Source of the DNA: Desulfatiglandales bacterium
GTDB taxonomy: Bacteria > Desulfobacterota > DSM-4660 > Desulfatiglandales > Desulfatiglandaceae
Direction: 5' to 3'
Length of the DNA: 64,000 bases
Assembly: GCA_963662465.1 (NCBI GenBank)
Contig: OY759599.1
Location: 5,760,001-5,824,000, forward strand
Below, in pieces: positions 53,066-62,916 of the stretch. The position numbers and the translations under genes were made by a program. Each line of letters begins with the position of its first letter. The stretch's first letter is position 1. Below the pieces are notes generated by a model, which saw only the letters and a list, made by a program, of their open reading frames with translations, did not search any database and was not told the DNA's origin.

Positions 53066-55069
53066 TTATAGTTTCAGCCCAAGTTCGAAGCCTTCTCGAA
53101 TGGCCGTCAGTACGTTTCGTGGGTTTTTAGCATCCCCGATCACATGAATTTCAGAGACCAGATCCTCAATCTCTTCAAGCAGTCCGTTTTCCGGTTTTGA
53201 GCCTGCCGCAAGGACGATGGTGTCGGCGGCAATAAGCCTGGGTCCCGTTTCATCTTCCACCTCAAGGCCCTCGGATGTTATCCTAACGGCGCGGGTTTTC
53301 GTCAAAAGCCTTACCCCAAGACGTTCCAGTTCTCCCATGAGGGTCCATTTGGTGGTCAGCCCCACATCGACGCCCGCTTTGGGGGCCATTTCAACCACGG
53401 TGACCTGCTTGTTCCCCCGGTCGAGGAGTTCCGTTAATGTTTCAAATGTTTCGGCACGGTTGACCATGAGAAAATGGAGTACATCGGGTGAAAGGGTTCC
53501 CTGGTTGGCCAGAAACAGGGCGGTTTCAAGGCCCACGGCATTCCCTCCCAGGATAACCACGTTCCTGCCGGTTTCCACATTTTCTTCCAGCAGTTGCCAG
53601 GCCTGAATTACATTGTCTCCGTCAATGCCCTTTATTTCCGGTTTCGTGGGATAAGCGCCCGTGGCCAGCACCACCACATCCGGGGCCAGTTGGCCCACCA
53701 CCGCCCGCGTGACCGCCTTTTCCATAATGGTCTCCACCCGTTTGTCATGAAGGTTGTTGATCAGGTCGATGGCGGCGGTTTCCAGCTCCCCGCGTCCGGG
53801 GATGAAATGGTTCAAAAGGATCTGGCCCCCCAGCTTTCCGCTTTTTTCCATGAGCGTTACATGATGTCCCCGCTCCTTGGCGGTACGGGCCACCGTCATA
53901 CCGGCCGGCCCCCCGCCAACCACAAGGATTTTTTTGGATTTTGGAGCGGGGTTTATCAGTAGTTCGCCTTCTCGACCGGCTCGCGGGTTCACCGTGCATG
54001 TGGCGGGACGTCCCTGGAAAATTGAGTCAAAGCAGCCCTGGTTGCAGGCTATACAATGGTAAATCAGGCGGGATTTTCCGTTGCGGGCCTTGTTGGGCAA
54101 TTCAGGATCGGCCAGAAGCCCTCTGGCCATGGTCACAAGATCCGCGCCGCCGCTTCGAAGAATTTCTTCTCCTTCTTTGGGATCATTGATCCGGTTGCTG
54201 GAAATGACGGGCTTTGATACGGCTGAGCGGATTCCCCTGGCCAGGTAGACGTAGGCCTTTCGGGGAACGCCCATGGTGAGCTGAGGCACTCGGGTTTCGT
54301 GCCATCCCCCCGTGACGTTAAAGAGATCAATCCCCGCTTTTTCAGCTTCCGCGGCAAATAGTTTTGCCTCACGGTTAGTGTTGCTCCCCTTCATGAAATC
54401 GTTTCCGGCGATGCGCAGCAGGATTGGATAGTCAGGCCCCAGGGCCTTTCGCACTTTCACAATGGTTTCGAGACCGAAGCGCATTCGGTTTTCAAAAGAG
54501 CCGCCGTATGCATCTTCCCGCAAATTGGTGATGGGAGAAAGAAACTGGCTGATGAGATATCCGGCGCTTCCCAGGATTTCCACCGCATCAAAGCCGGCTT
54601 CCCGAGCGCGCACCGCTGCCTGTGCAAATTTATCCTGAACCCCGGCAATTTCCTCGAGTGCCAATGCCCTCGGGGTTTCTCCCGTCAGTCTGGAGCGAAC
54701 GGCCGAGGCGGATATGGGTTGTCGTCCGCCGATCATGGCGGAATGGGTATACCGGCCGGCCTGATAAAGCTGCGCCGCGATTTTGGCGCCATGCTCCTGA
54801 ACGTCGCCGGTAAGCCGTTTTAATCCCGGGATGAAACGATCATCGTTGATGGAGATCATGCCCACCATCCCCCCGAATTCATCGATAGGACATCCCCCCA
54901 CGATGACAAAACCGACGCCCCCTCGGGCTCTTTCAGTATAGAAGTTAACGAGCTGGTCCGTAACCTCTCCTTGCGGGGTATAACCCAGATGCATGGCGGT
55001 CATGACAATCCGGTTCCTCAGTTCCATGTTCTGGATGGCTATGGGGGAAAACAGATGTGGATATTCCAT
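53066..55069 (-). CDS. NADH:flavin oxidoreductase / 2,4-dienoyl-CoA reductase-like (OYE + 4Fe-4S + FAD)
   Basis: NRIVMTAMH, GYLISQFLSP, CIACNQGC, CTVNP, GGGPAG. Start ATG 55069 behind AAGGAG. Confidence 0.88.
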   Translation of the reverse strand: MEYPHLFSPIAIQNMELRNRIVMTAMHLGYTPQGEVTDQLVNFYTERARGGVGFVIVGGCPIDEFGGMVGMISINDDRFIPGLKRLTGDVQEHGAKIAAQLYQAGRYTHSAMIGGRQPISASAVRSRLTGETPRALALEEIAGVQDKFAQAAVRAREAGFDAVEILGSAGYLISQFLSPITNLREDAYGGSFENRMRFGLETIVKVRKALGPDYPILLRIAGNDFMKGSNTNREAKLFAAEAEKAGIDLFNVTGGWHETRVPQLTMGVPRKAYVYLARGIRSAVSKPVISSNRINDPKEGEEILRSGGADLVTMARGLLADPELPNKARNGKSRLIYHCIACNQGCFDSIFQGRPATCTVNPRAGREGELLINPAPKSKKILVVGGGPAGMTVARTAKERGHHVTLMEKSGKLGGQILLNHFIPGRGELETAAIDLINNLHDKRVETIMEKAVTRAVVGQLAPDVVVLATGAYPTKPEIKGIDGDNVIQAWQLLEENVETGRNVVILGGNAVGLETALFLANQGTLSPDVLHFLMVNRAETFETLTELLDRGNKQVTVVEMAPKAGVDVGLTTKWTLMGELERLGVRLLTKTRAVRITSEGLEVEDETGPRLIAADTIVLAAGSKPENGLLEEIEDLVSEIHVIGDAKNPRNVLTAIREGFELGLKL

Positions 55070-55218
55070 TTTTTTTGACTCCTTTCGTTGGCGTGTCCGC
55101 ACGCTCATCACAATGGGTGAACATTGGCATACATTAGAGAAAATATCAACCAAACCTTTCAGAGAAAAGATAGGGTTGAGGGATGAAAGGTGAAAGCTGA
55201 AATACATGAGGGAAAATA

Positions 55219-56193
55219 TCAACCAAACCTTTCAGAGGGATCTTCTTCTTCCATATAGGCTCTTTTTCTCTTAACCCCTTTAATGAACCCATAAACCAGT
55301 ATCAAGGCGCCCAGGGCAAAGAGGATTTCATAGAGATAATAGCTCAGGTGTGCAAACCAGGCGATATTCTGTTTAAGGGATGCTCGCCATTCTTTCTCAA
55401 TTTTGTACAGGGGCGTGTCAAGGGCTCTGGAAACCGCTTCTCGCAGTGGGACGCCTTCTTTCATCAGGGCCATAATTTCAAGCAATCCCGCCTTTCCATG
55501 GGTGCTGATGATGGTGTCGATGACGCTTTTGCTCTCTTCGTAGGCCAGACGCAATTCATTTTCGTTTAGAGGAAAATCCCTGGCCAGGCTTCCCAGCGGG
55601 ATGAGCCGATCAGAGAAGGCGGCTTTCGGCAACAGGGCTTCCTTTTGTTCATGGACAATATCCATGACCCCGTTGGCGACCCACTGGGCCACTCCCTCGT
55701 CAAACCATCGGGGGATGGGGACTTTGTTGATCGTTCCGTGAAGGAGCAGGTGACAAAGCTCATGCTTCAGGATATTGGCAAAATTTACCGGGTTTGAGAT
55801 TCTTGAGCAGTCCATGACCACGAGGTTTTTTTGAGGCGCCGCGAAACCCACCACAAGCGGACTGTGGGTCATTTTTAGAAAGCGCTGATGATCGTTCATA
55901 AGAATGACGGTGGGATTCCAGTCGAAAGGCCATTTGAAAATTTCCTGAAGGTCCATTTTCAGGGTCGGCGCCATTTGGGCGGTTTCTTCGGCCAGAGCCG
56001 CGAGAGAGGGTGGAAAAAGAACCTTCACGCCATTGCCTCTGAGGGCGTTGAACTCGGATGCCAGGGAATATTGGGTGGCCAAAAAAACAAAGATCCAGAA
56101 GAAAACGGCGATTCCCACGGTTATAGGCCAGGACCGGCGATGGTATTGACGGGGGAAATGGGCAAAAATGATCATGGGATCTCCAAAGGGCAT
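55219..56193 (-). CDS. Secreted/membrane-anchored peptidase MA-like zinc metalloprotein
   Basis: Signal-like N-terminus, HELCH, PRWFDEGVA, C-terminal TM helix. Start uncertain. Confidence 0.75.
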   Translation of the reverse strand: MPFGDPMIIFAHFPRQYHRRSWPITVGIAVFFWIFVFLATQYSLASEFNALRGNGVKVLFPPSLAALAEETAQMAPTLKMDLQEIFKWPFDWNPTVILMNDHQRFLKMTHSPLVVGFAAPQKNLVVMDCSRISNPVNFANILKHELCHLLLHGTINKVPIPRWFDEGVAQWVANGVMDIVHEQKEALLPKAAFSDRLIPLGSLARDFPLNENELRLAYEESKSVIDTIISTHGKAGLLEIMALMKEGVPLREAVSRALDTPLYKIEKEWRASLKQNIAWFAHLSYYLYEILFALGALILVYGFIKGVKRKRAYMEEEDPSERFG

Positions 56194-56269
56194 CCGCCCA
56201 CCGAGGAGTGGGCCTTGAAAAGAAACCGGATATGGTTTACCATAGATAAAACTGTTTGAAAACCGGGGA

Positions 56270-57451
56270 TTGCATATGGAAAATGTCCTTACGGGCCTTG
56301 ATTGTTTAGACAAAAGTGAATGGACCCGGTTTAAGGGACAACGGCTGGGTCTTCTTTCAAATCAGGCTTCGGTCAATCAAAACCTTGAAACCGCACGGGA
56401 TATTCTGTTAAAGCGACTTCCCGGCCAATTGCGGGCGCTTTTCGGGCCTCAGCACGGGTATGGGGGCGAAGATCAGGACAATATGGTTGAAACGCCCCAT
56501 GGCCGTGATCAGACCCTGAATATTCCCGTTTTCAGTCTGTATGCCGAATCCCGGGATCCGGAGCCGGAAATGTTTGACCTCATAGACACCCTGATTATCG
56601 ACCTTCAGGATGTGGGAACACGGGTTTATACCTTTTCATCCACCATGCTCCGCTGTATGAGGGCCGCAGCGCTTTTTGGAAAAAAAGTCGTTGTTCTGGA
56701 CCGTCCCAATCCCCTTGGCGGGCTCATCCTGGAAGGGAATTGTCTTGCGCCTGAGCTGTTTTCCTTTGTGGGTCCCGCGGCGCTGCCAATGCGGCACGGT
56801 CTCACCATGGGTGAAATGTCGCGTCTTTTCAACCAGGCATTCGGGCTTGGATGCGATCTTGACGTTATTGCCATGGTCGGGTGGCGCAGGCACATGACCT
56901 GGGGTGAAACGGGCCTTCGGTGGGTGATGCCCTCTCCCAATATGCCTTTTCCAGAAACAGCCTTCGTTTATCCCGGCCAGGTGCTGTGGGAAGGCACCCA
57001 TATTTCCGAAGGAAGAGGCACCTGCCGGCCCTTTGAAATTTTCGGCGCCCCTTATTTTAATACGATGGCCATCAAAAAATGCTTGGACGCGCGGGCCTTT
57101 AAGGGATGCTGTTTGCAGGACTATTTGTTTCGTCCCACATTTCACAAATGGGCCGGGAAGCTTTGCCATGGGTTTATGATCCACATTCTGGATTTTGACG
57201 TCTATCGGCCCTATTATACGTCCCTGGCGCTTTTGCAGGCTGTGATATCCCTGTACGGGGAGCATTTTGAGTGGAAAATGCCGCCCTACGAGTATGAAAC
57301 GAAAAAAAAACCCATCGACATGATTTTGGGGAACACTTCCCTTCGGCGTGGTTTGGAATCCGGCTGTTCGCTTCCTCGTTTATGGGAGGGCTGGGTGGCG
57401 GAATTCAAAACCTATCGTCAGTGGATAAAGCCGAGCCTGCTTTATTCGTAG
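56270..57451 (+). CDS. DUF1343 / NamZ-like exo-beta-N-acetylmuramidase
   Basis: LFGPQHG, SLY, DLQDVGTRVYT, LDRPNP, RHGLTMGE, PSPN, SEGRGT motifs. Confidence 0.88.
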   Translation: MHMENVLTGLDCLDKSEWTRFKGQRLGLLSNQASVNQNLETARDILLKRLPGQLRALFGPQHGYGGEDQDNMVETPHGRDQTLNIPVFSLYAESRDPEPEMFDLIDTLIIDLQDVGTRVYTFSSTMLRCMRAAALFGKKVVVLDRPNPLGGLILEGNCLAPELFSFVGPAALPMRHGLTMGEMSRLFNQAFGLGCDLDVIAMVGWRRHMTWGETGLRWVMPSPNMPFPETAFVYPGQVLWEGTHISEGRGTCRPFEIFGAPYFNTMAIKKCLDARAFKGCCLQDYLFRPTFHKWAGKLCHGFMIHILDFDVYRPYYTSLALLQAVISLYGEHFEWKMPPYEYETKKKPIDMILGNTSLRRGLESGCSLPRLWEGWVAEFKTYRQWIKPSLLYS

Positions 57452-57530
57452 AATTTTAAGGAGCGCAGGTTCCTTCCACATGAAGGCCGATCATGTGCAA
57501 CGGGTTTGAATCATTGGGGGGGATGGGCAA

Positions 57531-57689
57531 TCAGTCCTTTTGCCCACCGCCGATCCATCGGTCAATGGCATCTTTGTCAAATCTCCACACTCTGCCGATC
57601 CGGATGGCGGGGATTTTTCCTTCGGCCGCATATTTACAGATAGTGATTTCATGCAGCTTTAAATATTTTGCAATTTCTTTGGTTGTCAT
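57531..57689 (-). CDS. Excisionase-like HTH_17 DNA-binding protein
   Basis: Not in the ORF track; MTTKEIAKYLKLHEITICKYAAEGKIPAIRIGRVWRFDKDAIDRWIGGGQKD. Confidence 0.8.
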   Translation of the reverse strand: MTTKEIAKYLKLHEITICKYAAEGKIPAIRIGRVWRFDKDAIDRWIGGGQKD

Positions 57690-57910
57690 GATCTGTGCAT
57701 AACGCATTCCTCAATATTCAAATAGGTTCAACGGGTGCTTTGAAAGACATAAAAACCCAAACTCGCATTTAGCTCAGACTTTAATGACGAAAACACTTAA
57801 AGTCAATAAGAATTCTGTTAATAACGAATATTGAATGAAATTTTCGGAATCCTTCTTGAAGGATGCCTTAAGCAGTTTTAGGTTTTCCGTCAACGACTTT
57901 AGCTTACCCC

Positions 57911-57939
57911 TTGACGAGGCTCTGCCCCCTCATTATAAA
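57911..57939 (+). promoter_or_regulatory. sigma70-type promoter for the clc gene
   Basis: TTGACG-17 bp-TATAAA. Confidence 0.5.
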
Positions 57940-57995
57940 GGGCCTGGCATGAATATTTAATGAAATTGTAATAATCTAATAGAAGGCATACCGGC

Positions 57996-60263
57996 ATGGC
58001 TCATCGAAGCAAACTCAAAATCTGGCCTGACTTAACCACATTAAAGGCACAATCCAACACCCTTACAACGGCGGGAAAATGGGGTTTTTATTTTATCCTC
58101 ATCGGCCTAATTGCCGGTTTGGGATCTATTTTTTTTCAATTTCTCTGCCAGATTGGGTCCCATTTCTTGTTGGACCAGATGGCCGGATATCGTCCTCCCG
58201 ATCCCGCGGGAGAGGGACACCTTTTTAACCAGACTCAGACTGTTTTCAACCGATGGATGCTTCTTTTTCTACCGGTATTCGGGGGACTTATCAGCGGGTG
58301 GCTGGTCTATACCTTTGCACCGGAAGCAGAGGGCCACGGAACCGATGCCGCCATTGATTCCTACCACAACAAGGGCGGATTTATTCGGGGGAGGATTCCC
58401 ATTATTAAAACCTTCGCTTCCGCCATTACCTTGACCTCAGGGGGCTCCGGCGGTCGTGAAGGACCCATCGCCCAGATCGGCGCGGGGTTTGGATCTTTTC
58501 TGGCCACAAAGCTGAAGCTTTCAGACCGGGAACGCCGGATTATGCTGGCGGCCGGTATGGGAGCCGGCGTGGGAAGCATTTTCAGGGCGCCGTTGGCAGG
58601 CGCCCTGTTTGCTGCGGAAGTGCTTTACCGCGATCCCGAATTTGAATCCGAGGTGATTATCCCGGCTGGCATCTCATCGGTGGTGGCCTATTGCGTCTTC
58701 TGCCTGGTTTTTGGATGGGGGTCGCTCTTTGAAACCCAGCCTTTTGTGTTCCGAAATCCCATGGAGCTGGGTCCCTATATGGTCCTGGCCGTCGTGCTGG
58801 CCGCAGGGGGCTTCCTGTATGTGAAAGCTTTTTACGGTGTTCAGGGCGCCTTTAAAAAGATCAAACTCCCCAACCACATCAAACCGGCCATTGGGGGTCT
58901 GTTGACGGGGGCCATCGGTTTTTTCCTGCCGGAAACCCTGTCCTTCGGTTACGGCTTTGCACAAATGGCCTTGGACAATGAACTTCCCACCCTGCTGCTG
59001 CTGGCCCTGGCATTGGGAAAAATATTGACCACTTCTTTTTCCATCGGCTCAGGCGGCAGCGGGGGCGTGTTTGGGCCTTCCGTGGTGATTGGCGGCGCAC
59101 TGGGCGGCGCTATGGGCAGAATCTTTCATGACATTATGCCCAATGTGGTGACGCAACCGGGGGCCTTTGTGGTGGTGGGCATGGCGGGCTTTTTCGCGGG
59201 CGTTTCCAATACCCCCATCTCTACCATTATATTTGTCAGCGAAATGACCAATTCTTATCATCTTCTGCTCCCGGGTCTTCTGGTGTGTTCGCTGGCCTAT
59301 TTGATTTCCCGGAAGTGGACCATTTACGATAAACAGGTGAAGTCCAAAATTGATTCCAACGCCCACCGGGGTGATTTTTTTGTGGATATCCTGGAAGCCA
59401 TTCGCGTTAAGGAGTTGACCGGACAGTTCAGAAAAGTCCAACTGATTCCCCAGGATATGACGTTGAAGCGGTTCCGGAAGATTTTCAGTTCCAGCGACCA
59501 GCATTATTATCCCGTGGTGGATACGGAAAACAGGCTTACGGGGATATTTTCCATCAATGATATCCGCGGTGTTATTTTTGATGAAGAGATCGGCGACCTG
59601 GTGCGGATGAAGGATGTGGCCAACCCCCACATTATCTACACGACCCCGTCTGAAGATTTAAACGCCGTTTTGAAAAAATGCACCGTCCGTAATCTGGCGC
59701 GGGTGCCTGTGGTTCGAGACGAAGATCACGCAGTTCTTATCGGGATGCTGGATCGCAGGGATTTGATCGAGTGCTACAACAAACGGGTGGACGAGATGAA
59801 AGCCGGCGGTGGAGGGGACAGGAAAGGTGAACCCGCTCCGGTGCCGGATAGCGAAATGAGCCGGTTCAGGGGCGTGTCCGTCGCGAATGCAATGACCCCC
59901 ACCGTGGAACCGGTAAACGTTCAAATGCCCCTGGAAGGGCTCAAAAAGCTCATTTACGAAAGCCGATTCAGCAGTTTTCCCGTAGTGGATGACGAGGGGA
60001 GGCTCAAAGGGATCCTTTCTCTATCCGACTGCAGAAGAGCGGTAAAGAAAGGCAAAGCATCCATTACTGCGGGGCATGTGGCAACCCGCGATGTGGTGAG
60101 TGTTACTCGGGGTGAGACCCTCCTGTCGGCTCTGGCCAAAATTACCGCCGGCGATTTTGCCGTTCTTCCCGTGGTGGATGGCGATGATCCTGAAAAACTG
60201 CTGGGGGTCATCAGCCGGAAAGATATCATGTCGGCATTCAATGACGTTATAAAAAAGGCGTAA
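57996..60263 (+). CDS. ClC chloride channel/antiporter with four CBS domains
   Basis: EGHGTD, GSGGREGP, FRAPLAG, GGVFGP, EMT; two CBS pairs at the C-terminus. Confidence 0.92.
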   Translation: MAHRSKLKIWPDLTTLKAQSNTLTTAGKWGFYFILIGLIAGLGSIFFQFLCQIGSHFLLDQMAGYRPPDPAGEGHLFNQTQTVFNRWMLLFLPVFGGLISGWLVYTFAPEAEGHGTDAAIDSYHNKGGFIRGRIPIIKTFASAITLTSGGSGGREGPIAQIGAGFGSFLATKLKLSDRERRIMLAAGMGAGVGSIFRAPLAGALFAAEVLYRDPEFESEVIIPAGISSVVAYCVFCLVFGWGSLFETQPFVFRNPMELGPYMVLAVVLAAGGFLYVKAFYGVQGAFKKIKLPNHIKPAIGGLLTGAIGFFLPETLSFGYGFAQMALDNELPTLLLLALALGKILTTSFSIGSGGSGGVFGPSVVIGGALGGAMGRIFHDIMPNVVTQPGAFVVVGMAGFFAGVSNTPISTIIFVSEMTNSYHLLLPGLLVCSLAYLISRKWTIYDKQVKSKIDSNAHRGDFFVDILEAIRVKELTGQFRKVQLIPQDMTLKRFRKIFSSSDQHYYPVVDTENRLTGIFSINDIRGVIFDEEIGDLVRMKDVANPHIIYTTPSEDLNAVLKKCTVRNLARVPVVRDEDHAVLIGMLDRRDLIECYNKRVDEMKAGGGGDRKGEPAPVPDSEMSRFRGVSVANAMTPTVEPVNVQMPLEGLKKLIYESRFSSFPVVDDEGRLKGILSLSDCRRAVKKGKASITAGHVATRDVVSVTRGETLLSALAKITAGDFAVLPVVDGDDPEKLLGVISRKDIMSAFNDVIKKA

Positions 60264-60269
60264 ACGGCT

Positions 60270-61136
60270 TTATTCTATTGTGTTAAGCTTATTTTGCGCA
60301 ATTTTTGCTTCGCTGGATTTGGGGTAATTTTTGATCAGTTTTTTCAGGAGCAATTTAGCGCTGGTCTTGTCCTTTAGCTCGTAAAAAGCCAATGCCTGCC
60401 TGAGAAGCGCATTTGGGACCTTGTTTCCCCTGGGGTATTTCTTTATCACGTCCTGAAAACCCAGAATCGCCTGCTCATACTGCTTTAGGGCCATGTATGA
60501 TTCCCCGATCCAGAACGCGGCATTGTCGGCTAACGTGGATTTTGGGTGGATTTTGAGGAAATTTTTGAAGCCGACGATGGCCTCCTCGTATTTTTCCCCG
60601 CGATAAAATGCCAGGTTTATGTCATATAGTTTCTGATCCGAGGGAATTTCAACTTCGGGTTTCGGCAGGGCCTCAGGCTTAGAGAATTGTGGGATCCGGG
60701 GGACCGCTGCCGGCGGTGCGCCGGCGTCCTTTTCCTCCTGCTTGATCATGGGTTCGAGACCGAGATAGGAAGAGAGTCTGTCCACCTGCAACTCCAACCG
60801 GGTCATTCGCTCCATCAGCCCGGAAACGCTTCCGACCAGCGTATCCCCTTCCGTGGTGTCCCTTTCAATGGTGCGTTTGAGTAGATGGCTGTTTTCGTCC
60901 AGACGTCCATTTAGAAACCGCATTTCTTCTTTCAATCGATCCATTTCGGCGCTGCCCGTGGCCATGCGGTCGTTGTTTGAAACCATGGCTTTATCGGTTT
61001 TTGTTTCAACGGCGTCGATTCTTTTGTTGAGATACTGAAACTTTTCTTCCGTGACGCATGCGGAAAAAATGAGGAAAACAGCGAAAAAGAAAACCAGTCT
61101 GACACCCATGGGTTTGATTAAAAGAAGACGTCCCAT
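60270..61136 (-). CDS. cpoB: Tol-Pal system protein CpoB/YbgF
   Basis: Lipobox (FSAC), coiled coil, C-terminal TPRs (ADNAAFWIGE, KVPNALL); downstream of pal. Confidence 0.9.
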   Translation of the reverse strand: MGRLLLIKPMGVRLVFFFAVFLIFSACVTEEKFQYLNKRIDAVETKTDKAMVSNNDRMATGSAEMDRLKEEMRFLNGRLDENSHLLKRTIERDTTEGDTLVGSVSGLMERMTRLELQVDRLSSYLGLEPMIKQEEKDAGAPPAAVPRIPQFSKPEALPKPEVEIPSDQKLYDINLAFYRGEKYEEAIVGFKNFLKIHPKSTLADNAAFWIGESYMALKQYEQAILGFQDVIKKYPRGNKVPNALLRQALAFYELKDKTSAKLLLKKLIKNYPKSSEAKIAQNKLNTIE

Positions 61137-61161
61137 TTTTTTACTCCGGTAGTTTATGTAT

Positions 61162-61236
61162 TAGGCGATAGGTGATAGGCCATAGGCGATAGGCGGAGGG
61201 AATCCCCATCGCCTTTCGCCCATTACCTATCGCCTT
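61162..61236. repeat. Inverted heptamer-repeat hairpin (TAGGCGA type)
   Basis: TAGGCGA TAGGTGA TAGGCCA TAGGCGA ... TCGCCTT TCGCCCA TTACCTA TCGCCTT. Confidence 0.7.
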
Positions 61237-61255
61237 TAGTTTTTACGAACACGGG

Positions 61256-61813
61256 TTACTGAAAAAGTTTAAAGGTATCTCTTCTGTTCAAGGCCCATGC
61301 CACGGGGTTATTGGCGGGATCCGCCGGTCTCAACTCCCCGTAGCTGATGGTTTTAAGGCGGTCCGGAGAAATTCCCAGGGCCACGAGAAAGCTTTTGGCG
61401 GACATGGCTCTTCTTTCTCCCAGGGCTAGATTGTATTCTTCCGTGCCCCTTTCGTCGCAGTTGCCGGCAATAAGGATCGAGTAGGATGGATTTGCACGCA
61501 GAAAATTGGCTTTTTCCCTCAAAATTTCCTGGGATTCAGGTTTCAAATTCGATCTGTCAAACTCAAAATAGATGCTGACATTTTCAAAGTCGGAAATCAG
61601 GGCGGCCTGTCTGGCTGCGGCTGCTTCCGCTTCAACGCCCTCTACCACCACCACTTTTGGCGCTTCTTTAACGACGATAACCTCTTCGGATTGACCCGCG
61701 AGCGGGTTTGCCCCGGCGGATGTGTCCAACTGCTTTTCCGCACAGGATGTCATAAAGAAAACCGAACAGATAAAAAAAATGGCTTTGAAGCCGGTGATGA
61801 ATCTCTTTTCCAT
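61256..61813 (-). CDS. pal: Peptidoglycan-associated lipoprotein
   Basis: Lipobox MTSC; OmpA-like IYFEFD, GNCDERGT.EYN.ALGERRA, SYGE, NRR. Confidence 0.93.
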   Translation of the reverse strand: MEKRFITGFKAIFFICSVFFMTSCAEKQLDTSAGANPLAGQSEEVIVVKEAPKVVVVEGVEAEAAAARQAALISDFENVSIYFEFDRSNLKPESQEILREKANFLRANPSYSILIAGNCDERGTEEYNLALGERRAMSAKSFLVALGISPDRLKTISYGELRPADPANNPVAWALNRRDTFKLFQ

Positions 61814-61912
61814 ACGCTCTTTCCCTCCTTTAATTTGTGGATAAGATCTTTCTATCATTTCCAATTATCCATTTCAAGAGCATATTAGTACCTTATCACC
61901 TGGTTTTCCGCT

Positions 61913-61970
61913 ACAAAAAACGAGAAGGTCATCAATTTAAAACTTAAAACCTAAAACCGCGGTTTGCCGC
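61913..61970 (-). repeat. Dispersed repeat family B, copy 3 (diverged)
   Basis: ACAAAAAACGAGAAGGTCATCAATTTAAAACTTAAAACCTAAAACCGCGGTTTGCCGC aligns with 50000-50058. Confidence 0.6.
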
Positions 61971-62906
61971 TTTAAGAATGGCGAGTAATTTTTTGTCTCG
62001 TTCTTTTACGGCGGACGTTCCATGTTTTTCGTTAGGGGGATATGAAAAGAACCCCTTCCCTGTTTTCGCGCCAAGGTGGTGATGGTCGACCTTTTCTTTC
62101 AAAATCCTATGGGGTTCTACGGAGTTGTCCAGATATTTGTAGAGATAATCGGTCCCTTTGAGCATCAAATCGAGTCCCGCAAGATCCATGGTTTCCAGGA
62201 CGCCCATGACGCCCAGGCGAAAGCCGAAGCTCCCTTTGACGGCTAAATCCAGATCTTCCGGCGATGCCATTCCCTGTTCCAGGAGAGAAAGGACCTCTCT
62301 GAACATGGCGGTCTGAATGCGGTTGATCAGAAATCCCGGACTCTCTTTCATCACTTTTACGGGTTGCTTGCCGATCCTTTTCAAAAGGTTAAAAGTGAAT
62401 GAAAATGTCTCTTGGGAAGTCTCCTTTCCCATCACAACCTCCACCACCGGAACAATATGCGGCGGGTTGAACCAATGGGTAATAATGAGTTTATCGCGTT
62501 TTGAAGTACCTGCGCCGAATTGAGAAATGGGCAGCATGGAGGTATTGCTGGCCAGGATGGCATCATCATGGGTGTAGGCATCCATTTGATTGAATAGATC
62601 CGTTTTGAGGGCCATATCCTCAGGGGCCGCTTCCACCACAAAATCTGCGTCCAGAACAGCGTAGTCCAGGCTGGTAACGGGCCGGATCATTGAAAGGGTT
62701 TCTTCAATGAATGCCTCATTTGCGACACCGGATTCTACAAAAGTGCAAAGGTTGGATCTGATGCTTTGAAGGGCCTTGTCCAGCACCCCGCTGTCGACAT
62801 CATACAAATTGACCGGATAGCCTTTCTGCGCGAATGCCTGGGCGATTCCGTGTCCCATGATTCCCGCACCTACCACCGCAATACGACCGGCATCTAACAA
62901 AATCAT
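61944..62906 (-). CDS. 3-hydroxyacyl/3-hydroxybutyryl-CoA dehydrogenase
   Basis: GAGIMG, EAAPE, ASNTS, HWFNP, PGFLINR, D.AGLD, LGAKTGKGF motifs. Confidence 0.9.
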   Translation of the reverse strand: MILLDAGRIAVVGAGIMGHGIAQAFAQKGYPVNLYDVDSGVLDKALQSIRSNLCTFVESGVANEAFIEETLSMIRPVTSLDYAVLDADFVVEAAPEDMALKTDLFNQMDAYTHDDAILASNTSMLPISQFGAGTSKRDKLIITHWFNPPHIVPVVEVVMGKETSQETFSFTFNLLKRIGKQPVKVMKESPGFLINRIQTAMFREVLSLLEQGMASPEDLDLAVKGSFGFRLGVMGVLETMDLAGLDLMLKGTDYLYKYLDNSVEPHRILKEKVDHHHLGAKTGKGFFSYPPNEKHGTSAVKERDKKLLAILKAANRGFRF

Positions 62907-62916
62907 TCTCCTTTTT

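Noticed and set aside
57455..57530. Two small hairpins as a possible ncRNA
   Set aside because: No recognisable RNA family; adequately explained as terminators between convergent genes.
57531..57689. Prophage or ICE boundary suggested by the excisionase-like gene
   Set aside because: No integrase, att site, tRNA or phage genes nearby.
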